Part shown: one piece after another, positions 24,541 to 36,622 of the stretch
Layout: each line of letters opens with the position of its first letter
Numbering within the stretch: the first letter of the stretch is position 1
Source of the DNA: Phoronis australis
Lineage: Eukaryota; Animalia; Phoronida
Reading direction: 5' to 3'
DNA length: 64,000 nt
NCBI GenBank assembly: GCA_002633005.1
Contig: NMRA01000088.1
Location: 988,367-1,052,366, forward strand
The notes under the pieces: generated by a model
Told to the model about the DNA's origin: nothing
Databases searched by the model: none
Seen by the model: only the letters and a program-made list of their open reading frames with translations
Position numbers and translations under genes: made by a program

Positions 24541-27500
24541 AACAAAAGACTAGAGGTAAATTTAATTAGCCAAGACTTCACCCGACAAAGTAAACCTCCG
24601 AGTCAGAAAAGATGTTGCTATCAACTCGTCAGGGAAAGTGGGGGCTCATCTGCTCGAAACTTTAACATTTTGTAAAAATCACCGAATTAAATGGACGAAA
24701 CGACTAGGGCAAAGCGGAATTATTTACTTCCCGTATCCGCATCAGCTGCGTGTTTGTGTGTGTGTTTGTGTACGCTATGGACATTGGGTCAAGTTTCACT
24801 AGGCTTATGCAAATTGTTTTAGGGCAAGTCTGTATGTGGATGGGACTTAACATGCTAACTGGAATCGAAAATATTTCCTCAATACTTTTATATAGTTATA
24901 TAGTAACTATGAGACTGTTTAATTTTCAATCCAATTATCATGGGCAACGCACCATAGGGGGCTGGGAGGGCTACAGACCCCCACTTATGTCTATGTCTTA
25001 CTGAATTTTGAATATCAGTAGTTATCTTGGGAAGTTTGAAAGAAAAGGTAAACTGGATCCATTACAATGGTCCGAGTAAGGCTATCTAACTTTCAGACAT
25101 CCATTTGTCACTGTCACCATTAGCTGGAAGAACTTTGGGACACGAACATATTAAAACGCCCAAGAAAAGGGAGGCATTACTTTCCAGGGCGATATCACTT
25201 CGAGAATTTGTACACATTTTGCTGAAATCATACACTAAATAGCAAATTTATGTTATGCCTTTCAAACTTTTGTTCCAATCCCAGCTTAGTCTTTTATTAT
25301 TACACGGAAAAGTTTATATTAAATCTATTTTTTGAAAAAAATGAAGATAGTGCAAAAATGACAACTACTCACTCTGTGGACTTTTAATTACAAGTTTTGT
25401 AATGCGAGGATGCAGTACCATTTTGGAACGAAAGACACTAGCCTTTCAATAGCCGAGATAAATGCACTGTTAGTTGCATACTCTGGAGATATTATTTTTA
25501 TTAAATCAATCACACCTTAACTGTAGAACAATACAATATTGTATTTCTACTCAATTCAAAGGGCGCCAGTAAACCTGTGGTTACAAAATTTAAACAAGTG
25601 TAATTGATATTGTCAAGATATGGGAAAATAAGAAATTAGAGAATCACCTCCGGACATGGTTTTTTTGACACCCTTATAGATTCACTATGAATATAAAGAT
25701 ACTAACACCCGGTTTGATGACTTCAACCAATCGTCTTTCTGTCACCTGCTAATATCATTGGTGTGAACCGTCCAATTAAATGCAGGAATCAACTAAAAAC
25801 TCGTACTCCCTAATATCACAGATTGGACATTAGCGTCCATGGCAGGTGGTCTTTTCCCAGAGTTGACATGCAATTCGCTAAAAGCGTAGGTCACGCTTGC
25901 CCGTTTAGCAGACTTTGAAAGGAGTTTTCAAACTTTCCTCCAAACTTCTGAGGGTTGTGAAGCCTACAGAGCTTTGTTTTGTTTCAGAGAAGTGCATGGG
26001 AAAGTTGTATTTAGTATTTGTAAATAGGCCAAAACTGGGTTTAGTATCCTATTAAACCAAACAGAGCTGGGAAGTTTGAATGTAAGAGTGGTCGTTTTTC
26101 CTTCTCAATTTAATTTCTGTTATTTTGTTGAAATATATCATTTAAAAAATCTAAATGGTCGAATCCAATTGTAAATGATAGACACCATAAGCTCTGCACT
26201 TGCCAACTTGTTATTCACATGCCCAGAATTTAACTGTAATCTCAATAAGCTAATGGTTACGGACAGAACATGTATTTTGAGGCTTTAAAATGTATTTTGA
26301 GGCTTTAAAATGCATGCTTCAGAAATTAAAAATACCCTAGCAGTTTATTGTAGCATCACTCATGCGTATGTTACTCTCATTAGCAGTTTTGCTATCATTT
26401 GTTAACCAATCGCAGGGAAAGAAGATCTGGAGGCAGGCATGATCAGTTAGTCTCACCATCTTCTTGATGAACTTTTTATTAAACACTCCTTACATTAGCA
26501 AACTCCTTGAGGGGATTCTGACACTAGCGGTGCCATTTTTTCAAGCTCTGTTCCTGTACAGTAAAATCTCACAAATGTATGATACAATATGGTGGAGGAA
26601 CAAACGCTAGTAATTTTATCTTTTTTATCACAAAAAAGTACCAGAAAATAATGGCTTCATCTAAGTCTATGCCATAGTTACCACTGGACAAGGTTTTAAG
26701 AAACTGCAGCATTCCGGACAATGTTAGGAGCCACTGAAACATGAGGAACTACCAATTTCCGCAATTATATTTATCGGAAGCTGGTGAATTTGCTCAATGC
26801 CGTTGCTTTGAATTTCAGACAGTGTAACTTACAATTTCCACCATCTCAATTGTCCTTTATTCTCTCAATTATAACACCCTTACTAGAACAATATAGACAC
26901 AACGTCATCTTCTTCCTGTCCCAAACTTTAAGCAGTTTCAATTACAGTTCGCACATTCCAGACAATTCTTCAATCCCACATTTCATTGCTGACAAAGCCC
27001 CCTCTAGGACAACACTGGCANACAAAAGACTAGAAGTAAATTTAATTAGCCAAGACTTCACCCGACAAAGTAAACCTCCGAGAGTCAGAAAAGATGTTGC
27101 TATCAACTCGGCAGGGAAAGTGGGGGCTCATCTGCTCGAAACTTTAACATTTTGTAAAAATCACCGAATTAAATGGACGAAACGACTAGGGCAAAGCGGA
27201 ATTAAATATTTACTTCCCGTATCCGCATTAGCTCCGTGTTTGTGTGTGTGTGTTTGTGTACGCAATGGACATTGGGTCAAGTTGCACTTGTGCAAATTGT
27301 TTTAGGGCAAGTCTGTATGTGGATGGGACTTAACATGCAAACTGGAATCGAAAATATTTCCTCAATACTTTTATATAGTTATATAGTAAGTATGAGACTG
27401 TTTAATTTTCAATCCAATTATCATGGGCGATGCACTATAGGGGGCTGGGAGGGCTACAGACCCCCACTTATGTCTATGTCTTACTGAATTTTGAATATCA

Positions 27501-29500
27501 GTTGTTATCTTGGGAAGTTTGAAAGAAAAGGTAAACTGGACCCATTACAATGGTCCTAGTAAGGCTACCTAACTTTCAGACATCCATTTGTCACTGTCAC
27601 CATTAGCTGGAAGAACTTTGGGACACGAACATATTAAAACGCTGAAGAAAAGGGAGGTATTACTTCCCAGGGCGATATCACTTCGAGAATTTGTACACAT
27701 TTTGCTGAAATCATACACTAAATAGCAAATTTATGTTATGCCTTTCAAACTTTTGTTCCAATCCCAGCTTAGTCTTTTATTATTACATGGAAAAGTTTAT
27801 ATTAAATCTATTTTTTTGAAAAAATGAAGATAGTGCAAAATGACAACTACTCACTCTGTGGACTTTTAATTACAAGTTTTGTAATGCGAGGATGCAGTAC
27901 CATTTTGGAACGAAAGACAAACGTGACTTTAGTTGACACTATCCTTTCAATAGCCGAGATAAATGTACTGTTAGTTGCATACTCCGGAGATATTATTTTT
28001 ACGAAATCAAGCACACCTTAACTGTAGAACAATATTGTATTTCTACTCAATTCAAAGGGCGCCAGTAAATCTGTGGTTACAAAATTTAAACAAGTGTAAT
28101 TGATATTGTCAAGATATGGAAAAATAAGAAATTAAGAGAATCACCTCCCGACATGGCGTTTTTGACACCCTTATAGATTCACTATGAATATAAAGATACT
28201 AACACCCGTTTTGATGACTTCAACCAATCCTCTTTCTGTCACCTGCTAATATCATTGGTGTGAACCGTCCAATTAAATGCAGGAATCAACTAAAAACTCG
28301 TACTCCCTAATATCACAGACTGGACATTAGCGTCCATGGCAGGTGGTCTTTTCCCAGAGTTTACATGCAATTCGTCAAAAGCGTAGGTCACGCTTGCCCC
28401 TTTAGCAGACTTTGAAAGGAGTTTTCAAACTTTCCTCCAAACTTCTGAGGGTTGTGAAGCCTACAGAGCTTTATTTTGTTTCAGAGAAGTGCATGGGAAA
28501 GTTGTACTTAGTATTTGTAAATAGGCCAAAACTGGGTTTAGTATCCTATTAAACCAAACAGAGCTGGGAAGTTTTAATGTAAGAGTGGTCGTTTTTCCTT
28601 CTCAATTTAGTTTCTGTTATTTTGTTGAAATATATCATTTAAAAAATCTAAATGGTCAAATCAAATTGTAAATGATAGATATCATAAGCTCTGCACTTGC
28701 CAACTTGTTATTCACATGCCCAGAATTTACCTGTAATCTCAATAAGCTAATGGTTACGGACAGAACATGTATTTTGAGGCTTTAAAATGTATTTTGAGGC
28801 TTTAAAATGCATGCTTCAGAAATTAAAAATACCCTAGCAGTTTATTGTAGCATCACTCATGCGTATGTTACTCTCATTAGCAGTTTTGCTATCATTTGTT
28901 AACCAATCGCAGGGAAAGAAGATCTGGAGGCAGGCATGATCAGTTAGTCTCACCATCTTCTTGATGAACTTTTTATTAAACACTCCTTACATTAGCAAAC
29001 TCCTTGAGGGGATTCTGACACTAGCGGTGCCATTTTTTCAAGCTCTGTTCCTGTACAGTAAAATCTCACAAATGTATGATACAATATGGTGGAGGAACAA
29101 ACGCTAGTAATTTTATCTTTTTTATCACAAAAAAGTACCAGAAAATAATGGCTTCATCTAAGTCTATGCCATAGTTACCACTGGACAAGGTTTTAAGAAA
29201 CTGCAGCATTCCGGACAATGTTAGGAGCCACTGAAACATGAGAAACTACCAATTTCCGCAATTATATTTATCGGAAACTGGTAAATTTGCTCCATGCCAT
29301 TGCTTTGAATTTCAGACAGTGTCACTTACAATTTCCACCATCTCAATTGTCCTTTATTCTCTCAATTACAGTATAGACACCACGTCAATTTCTTCCTGCC
29401 ACAAACTTTAAGCAGTTTCAATTACAGTTCGCACATTCCAGACAATTCTTCAATCCCACATTTCATTGCTGACAGAGCTCCCTCTAGGACAACACTGGCA
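24541..29500. repeat. Near-identical ~2.48-kb tandem duplication (24541-27020 / 27021-29500), probably uncollapsed haplotypes
   Basis: Copies differ only by scattered SNPs and small indels and join exactly at a single N (27021). Confidence 0.9.
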
Positions 29501-29630
29501 TTATCCATCTCATCACCGCATTCTTCTTCCTGTTACATGTAGCTACACTCACAACTCCGTGTGGTTTGCATCTGTTCTCACATTCAGATTGAATCATCAG
29601 TACTACACTCCTATGCAACCAGAGACCCCT

Positions 29631-32600
29631 CTAGGTTGAAGTTGACACTATCCGTGCTGTCATTTTGGCAACCTTTTCTGCCTTCTTTCGCTTCTTTGCC
29701 TCTTCCTGCTCCCGCTTTGCCTTTTCTTCTTGCATTTGCTTGAACTTTTCATCTCTAGGATCGATGTCATAACCTGCAGACAAAGTTATAGATACAAACA
29801 ACTGCTTCCTTTTGCCAGCAAAACTAACTTAAGATTTGGACAATTTTTCGCCAGAAAACAGGTTTCAACTTGTTCCTTACTGAGATTGGCAGCTACTGAG
29901 TTTCGGAAGAACTGACAGTTCTTTGCGCGAGACCGCAGCTCAAAATATATCCACATTACTCAAATTTGAGTGTTTTTGTGACAAAGTCATAATTTGTAAT
30001 GTAACAGGCACAAAAGTACATGGCACACGAGCAACCTTACGCAACAAAACTGTTGGGCCTCTTACTGATATCCAACAGTTAAATTAAAAAGAGCTATATA
30101 TCCCTGGTCCATGGTAAAATAGGTAAAAAGTCCCTTCACCAGCATTCACCAAATTTTATGAATTAAAACTTTGAAAAATGCTCAAAAACCGTGTCTCGGA
30201 TTTTCCATACAGTTAGCACTGATTTTTTAATGACACTTTTGTGAAATAGGGGTACACGCAACCTTAAGCTGACAACCACATTGCTTTCCGTGCAAAAATC
30301 TCTGTAAACAAATGCACTGGGGCCTAAGTTTGAATAGCAATGAACGCCTTCCGCCAAACACCAACTTTTGATTTAGACTGCTCACTGCTCATAAATTCGG
30401 AGTCATCTTCTCACTTATTCAGTTTAGAAAATACTTCTAAGCTTGAGAATAACCTCCCTAAAACCGCTATGAGGTGGTGGCGTATTACAGCTATTATAAA
30501 ACTCTCTTGGTCTATTTACACCGACCTCTAGTCTATATACACAGTCACGACGTTTCAGTCGGTCTCTTCTCCAGCCATCGTCAGGTGTTCCTGCCTCGCA
30601 CAAAAAATCCCACTATGAGTGTACCACGTATCCGTGCTCATTCTTCTAAGAACGCGGGAACACCTGACGATGGCCGGAGAAGAGACCAACCGAAAGGTCG
30701 TGACAGTGTATATAGACTAGAGGTCGGTGTAAATAGACCAAGAGATTTTTATAATAGTTGAGAATAACCGAAAGGTTACTATTGCTCAAGAGTCAAGGTC
30801 CACCATTTGGGTGTCACGGCAACCTAGTTTCGGCCACCGAAGCAGTATGGCCATCACCAGAATTGCAGGTGATCTATTGTAACCAATTTCGATTCACGCA
30901 AAGGATGAGAATGAGATTATGTTGCATCAGCAATGCAAATACACCGGAGAAGTGGTTCATAATGACTTTCCCCCAAAAAAATTTGCAAGTAGTGCTCCAT
31001 TCCTAAGGGGGCAGTACCAAAGAAGTCCCTGGCTTCCTCCATAAGTTGTTTTCTCTTGGCTTCCAGTTTCTCTCGCTCTTCTATCTTTTTCGCCATCTTT
31101 GCCTCGTGTTGGCGCAGCAGCTCAGGCATTCGCTCCATACTCTTCAGTATTTTGGCTTCTCTGTAACAAGTACGGTGTTGTTAGAGGTTTGATGTTTCCA
31201 TGAAATATCATGAAGTTTAATACAAGTATACTTGATCAACTTTGCCAGTTCTGCCAAAAAAAAACATCCGATTGGTACTTGATGATGACTTCCAGATCAC
31301 AAACCAATCAAATATCTTAGCATGTTGACTCAGCAGAACCAACAAAGGCAATCAACTGTAGGCTATGTGCCAAATGTGAACCTTTAAACAGAGAAATACA
31401 AAAGGTAGGATTCTGGAATTTCTTTCAAACACCGAAGTGGCAGTGGGCTTAGGAACAGTACAGTTCACAAATATCTTGCTGAAAGGGCCTGCATGTCTGA
31501 AGGAGGGCAAGACATAGCCAGCTATCCAGCAAAGCGTAACAAACATCAATTGCCTCGAAAGCAACCCCCAATTATCCTCTAAACATCACGGGCTCGCCAC
31601 CAAAAAGACGCACCTGTTTTTCTTGTACTCCACCTCTTCAGCCTTCTCAGCACGTACTTTGGCCATCATTTCTTCAAGGGACGGCTCCCACTCTTTCTCA
31701 TCTTCTATTGAATCCTGAAGCTATGAGTTCAAAATAAGGGTCAACAGTAGGCACAGAAACTAAGAGCTAAACAAAAAATGCTTCATGCAACCAACTTAAA
31801 AAAACTGGACTACAGGCAATATGCAGTAACTGCACTTGTGTATACTGTGTTAACCTGGGGGGGAGCTAAAGCTGTGACTAAACATAAGAAGGTTACCTTT
31901 CAGCAAAATCCAACTACCCCATTTAAGCTGAGCACAACCAAACAACAGCTCATGAGTTTTTGATGAAGGGTGAGAAACGAACGAGAGTCTTGAACTGAAA
32001 TTTACCAGGAGAGTGTTTGGTATGATTTAGAGCTACAATTGGTTGGCCAATAAGGTTATGAACACTGCACTGAATGTCCAGTCTGTGCTCCCGAGAGATG
32101 TCGAAAATTTGGCAAATGTAGGCCAAGTACACGTCAAGATAATGAGCTGATTATGGTTAGTAAAATGTCATGAAGCTTGACAAACAGTTGATTTACTGGA
32201 AATTCAGCAAGCAAATGTTTTCCAATGATCAGATAGTTCTTGAATTTCAAACCATTTCAGGACTTCTAGATACGATTGTAGTACCCACTATTACACATTG
32301 ATTTCAAGAACAAGTTTCTCTCTACAACTGTCCACTAAGGTTCAAATGTTTATGGCATCTAAGTTAGTGACAAGCATGCTTGACAAGAATTATGGAAAAC
32401 AAGAGTTTGGTCAGTTATTGAGTCTTTGCTCAAACACCATTCCGCTACACGATGAACTAAAGAGCAGCCTAGTCAGCCATCTAGCTGTATAAAGTCCAAC
32501 GTCACAATACAGCTAGGAACCACTGTGTGTTAACCTCGCACAGACCTTGAAAATTCAGACTGCCCGGATAGTTTTGCTAGTCAAGTCATTGCGAAACTTA

Positions 32601-34045
32601 TATCAAAACAATCTAATAAACGTCATTTCTTACATAATTTTCTGCATAATGTAACAAAGAGAAGTCTGTCGTCATCTTGAAAACAGTATGCTTACGATAC
32701 ATGTATGTGCCATTGACAACATTTTTGCGACATCTTTCCAGAGACAGAGACAGCTTTGCCAAAGCAAATTTTGCTTTGAAATTCAGTTTACTGGTATCAA
32801 AATACCAAAAACCTACAACGAACTGAAACCAGTCATATTAACCTATTGTGACCCCTACGCAACCTTGCGGAAGAACAGATGATTGAAGAATCGACAAAAA
32901 ATGGCCAGTAGGTGACACTCTGTACCACTCTAAGCTCGTTAAAAAATTAAAATTAAATAAGGCTGTCCAGGATTACACAGCGATTCTCAAATCTCGCTGC
33001 ATTTACCCGCAATGCCGTAAACATCTGCCAGGCACATTGGTTGCCTCATTTTCGTGCCAATGGAGTTTCACACGTCATTTGTTATTGTCTGATTCTTCGC
33101 AAGTTTTTCTCGGTTGAATTACTCTATTTGTAACATCACTACTGTGTTAGCTGTGGGCTGCATCAGTTTGATAAACTGGACAAATACCCCTGGATGCGTG
33201 GTGTGAAATTCTTTGTCTTCCCGACATCAATGAGACACGAAAATGTGCCCAATTTCCAAAGGAGAGTTCTATAATCGCCGTGTAATCCAGGATGACCCTA
33301 TTAGACTGTTTGTTGTCATAAAATTGGTCTCATAAATGTCCTTAGGGTGATAGGACTCTATTTAGGTTACCAGCAACAACATTGAAACCATCAATGACTC
33401 AAGAAAATGCTTCAGGGTAGGGCAACTTTAAGTTGCAAATCACACATGTATTGACAATCACTTAGCAAATATGGACGCATCCAAGAAAACAGCATAAACC
33501 AGAAAGAATGCAAGTGTGTGATTAGTACTCGAATTTACCAAGTGTAGAGTTAATAATAGTATCTTGTCATTGAGATGATTTTTATGAGAACATTTTTATG
33601 AGAGTGAAGGCCTACAGCTTTCGGTATTCACCTCTTCTTTCGTCGGCCATAACATGGCCGGGTTCACTCCCGTAACACTCCCGTATCTCGCCCAGAGTGT
33701 TCTATTTCGTCTCAACCAAAAGTCAGGGGTGTAATTTTCAGGCTTTGGCTGGAGTTCCGCACTGCAGAAGTGTTTAAACGTTTTCGCTTTGTTGCGAACT
33801 GACAGTCTTGAAACGTCGCGTAACTTTTCAATTTCCTCTTGACGTACGTCGTCGTCAAAATCATCGAGTTCCCCGAAATCGAATGCATCGTTCTGGGGCC
33901 TTGAACAATAGTACCTAAGCACAGAATAGCTCAGTGGGCGGCAGGCTACAACTGAGCCACCTTGGGCCCTGACTTTAACTTTGACAGTGTTGTAAATCTT
34001 GTCATAATACCGAATAAGCACGCAGCATTTGTTGGTCGCAGCCAT
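29631..34045 (-). CDS. GADD45GIP1: GADD45G-interacting protein 1 / CRIF1 (mitoribosomal mL64); exons 34045-33632, 31720-31614, 31160-31018, 29773-29631; 268 aa
   Basis: Motifs WARYGSVTGVNPAMLWPTKEE, EWEPSLEEM, MERMPELL, EEARDFFGYDIDPRDEKFK and a basic coiled-coil tail; all introns GT-AG and in phase; AAAATGGC start context. Confidence 0.92.
30546..30587 (-). ncRNA. Minimal type I hammerhead ribozyme motif (Penelope-type)
   Basis: Minus strand reads CAC-CUGACGA-U-GGCUGG-agaagaga-CCGACU-GAAAC-GUC-GUG; 3-bp stem I, imperfect stem II, GUC cleavage triplet. Confidence 0.65.
30661..30702 (+). ncRNA. Degenerate minimal hammerhead motif (right arm)
   Basis: CAC-CUGACGA-U-GGCCGG-agaagaga-CCAACC-GAAAG-GUC-GUG; a C>G change after GAAA breaks stem III. 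Confidence 0.5.
30819..30866 (-). ncRNA. Third, degenerate hammerhead-like motif
   Basis: Minus strand reads GCAAUU-CUGGUGA-U-GGCCA-loop-UGGCC-GAAACUAG-GUUGC; perfect 5-bp stem II but A6>G in the core. Confidence 0.35.
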
Positions 34046-34866
34046 TTTTACAAACGCCAGCGCCGCCAATTGGGAATTACTCATTATCCAAATCGTCTAG
34101 GTGGACGCCCCAGGCCCGGAGCACAGCCAGTCACATGAGGGGCTACGTGCTGCCTATAATACACGGTGCTCAAAATGCCGACGGACAAAATAATTCATTT
34201 TATTGTGATGAGGGGATCTGCGAAGGATGTGTCCTGGCAATCACAGCATTCGATTTGGGGATGATCTCGCGTTGATTGGAGACCGTGCAATTGAGCTGCA
34301 ACTCGGAAAACTTAAAACATGCTTGGAGAATTTTGTAAAAACTGGTATCTTGCAATGAATCTAGCAAAAAATAATTTTATTGCTTACAAGCGCCTTTTCA
34401 CTCGAAAAATGGTACTTTGGCGATAAATTAGTTGAAACCAAACTGAATTAATATACCTAGGTGCCTCCTGTTTGTCAAAGTTTTGAGTAGTAAGATTGCT
34501 TTTCACCGTCAATCCTTTTTAAGCTGTTTGATAGCGGATTCTACCAGTCTTCAGCTATGGTGCAGACGGATTTGGGGTGTCTCAATTGTCAATTTTAGAA
34601 AGAGCTGTGTTCGACATCCGATTTCTTTAAGTACGCCTTGCGACTAAACAAAAAGTTGGACGCCAAGTGTCACGGCTAGGGGCGAGTTTGGAACATATAA
34701 GTGGTATACGTACTATACCTGCTGTTTACTGGACAAAGCTGATTCAGACGAAGCCTCAAAGACATCATTCTTACAAAATGTTACGACAAAAGTGTAAAGA
34801 CGGCGGCAGGCACAACTGGGCATATTCTGTAAACATGTTACTGTATACGGGTTTGGAGAGTTATAT

Positions 34867-35277
34867 GCCCAGTTGCATAAAACTGCCCAAACAGGGACTC
34901 AACTCAGTCCCGTAATTCTACTGCGTATTCGTAGATTAGTGAAAACCTTGTTATCCTTTCTTGTGCTGTCATCATTACTAAGCCAATGTATCGAGAGTGA
35001 ACTCTAAGTTGAATTATCAATATTTTTGAAAATAATGTAGGGAAATTTTCATGCAACGCCCCTAATTTAAGGACTAAGTCCCTAATCATTGTGATTGAAG
35101 TAAGGGTTCATTTTTAGTTATATTGCTAGAAAATGTCAGCAGTTAAAGAGGAGCTTGTAATAAAGATAAAATGATAGAAGCAATATTACACCAGTGAGTA
35201 AGGAACGAAAAAAAAATACGTAGAAGCTTTGGGGAACTTTTCTGAGTCCCTATTTAGGACTGTTTCATGCAACCGGT
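34867..35277. mobile_element. PIF/Harbinger-like MITE
   Basis: Imperfect ~35-bp TIR gcccagttgcataaaactgcccaaacagggactca / tgagtccctatttaggactgtttcatgcaaccggt. Confidence 0.6.
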
Positions 35278-36622
35278 TATACAACTGGTTATACGGACCG
35301 GGTGACGTATCATTCCTTTGGGTCAGAGATTAATTGACTGACGTAAAAAATTGGCACTCTGCATATGCGCGCACCCAGCCTTCAATATGGGGGGATGCCA
35401 AAAGTGACTAAAAAGTGCGATTTTGGCTTTTTAACTAAAATCACAAATTGACGTCTGCAAGAGCGGAAAACAGAATGCGAATGCTCTTTCACTCTAGATT
35501 TCAGAAATTTATGTTAAAATATGTCATTACCAACCAGATTTTTGACAAATTCCTCTGAGTGAAGAGTACCGGTCCCTAACTGGAGTCTGGCCAACAATTC
35601 AATACTGAACAAAATGGCGGCACTACCGTATCCCAGTAGACAAGAACAGAGGCAAATTTCTAGACTCAATTTACTCTTCACAGCTTCAAAGATTACTGCT
35701 GAATACCTTTCCTGGAAATCCAATCAATTTCCATTTTGTTCATAAAACTGCCGTCAAATGGGACTCACCCCATTTTCCTCATTTTTAGACTAGCTACAAA
35801 CGGGTCTGAACCGAGGCTTAGACCAGTGACGATTGGAAGTGAGATTTATACTGAGTCTACAGTATTGAAGAACCCATTCAGATTCACTGACATCGAAATC
35901 ACAGAGTGTCACTCATCAACAAAGATGACGTCCGGCAAAGATGTTTGACCGCACGACTGCCACTGATGTAAAAAAATAATAAAAATAACTGTTGTCAGTA
36001 AGCAGTAATTCTCAAATCCCGATCATTTTTCACACAATCCCGATTCCCTAAAATTCAACATTTAATCCCGAATCACGACGATTTGAACCGCAATTTCTAA
36101 ATTCCCACAGTCAAATTCGCTTCGATCCTGCTTCCAATAATTTCCACACCCGGTGAATCACGGAATTTTTCCGCATTTCCCGCTGGATCGCGGCCCCGGG
36201 GATCGATCACGATTCCCGAAAAAGCCTTTCCTCCTGGCTTCAGAAAAACTCAGTCCCAGACATCCCCACTTGTCTTTTGTGGAATATAGTTTACCACAGG
36301 AACTTCAAAGTTAAGTTTTCTCCTGATCCGTCAAAAGAGCCACTTCGAGTGATGCAATATCTGTGGCTCATGGTCACGGTGCTGTGCTTCCTTCTGTTCC
36401 GCCATAGAAATCTAGCCCTGGGCTGGAGTTTTTGACGACAATAGCACAAACAGGTGATCTGAATAGCATATTCGAATCTTAGATAAAAGCAGGTGAGGTA
36501 AGTACAGTTCCTGAATCACGGCCATTTGGCGTTATCTAACGACTGACATCGAACGCTTTTATGTTTAGAACACTCGCGGCTACCTGTCGTCCCATTGATC
36601 AGCAGGCTTTCCGTTCTGCCTT

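Larger units (their letters stand above)
30488..30760. mobile_element. Foldback of two inverted Penelope-like terminal repeats (arms 30488-30594 and 30654-30760, 59-nt loop) in GADD45GIP1 intron 3
   Basis: Arms are near-perfect reverse complements and each carries a hammerhead motif. Confidence 0.75.

Noticed and set aside
26784-27305. 173-aa ORF
   Set aside because: Spans the N junction of the duplication, has no family motif and starts at a non-ATG codon
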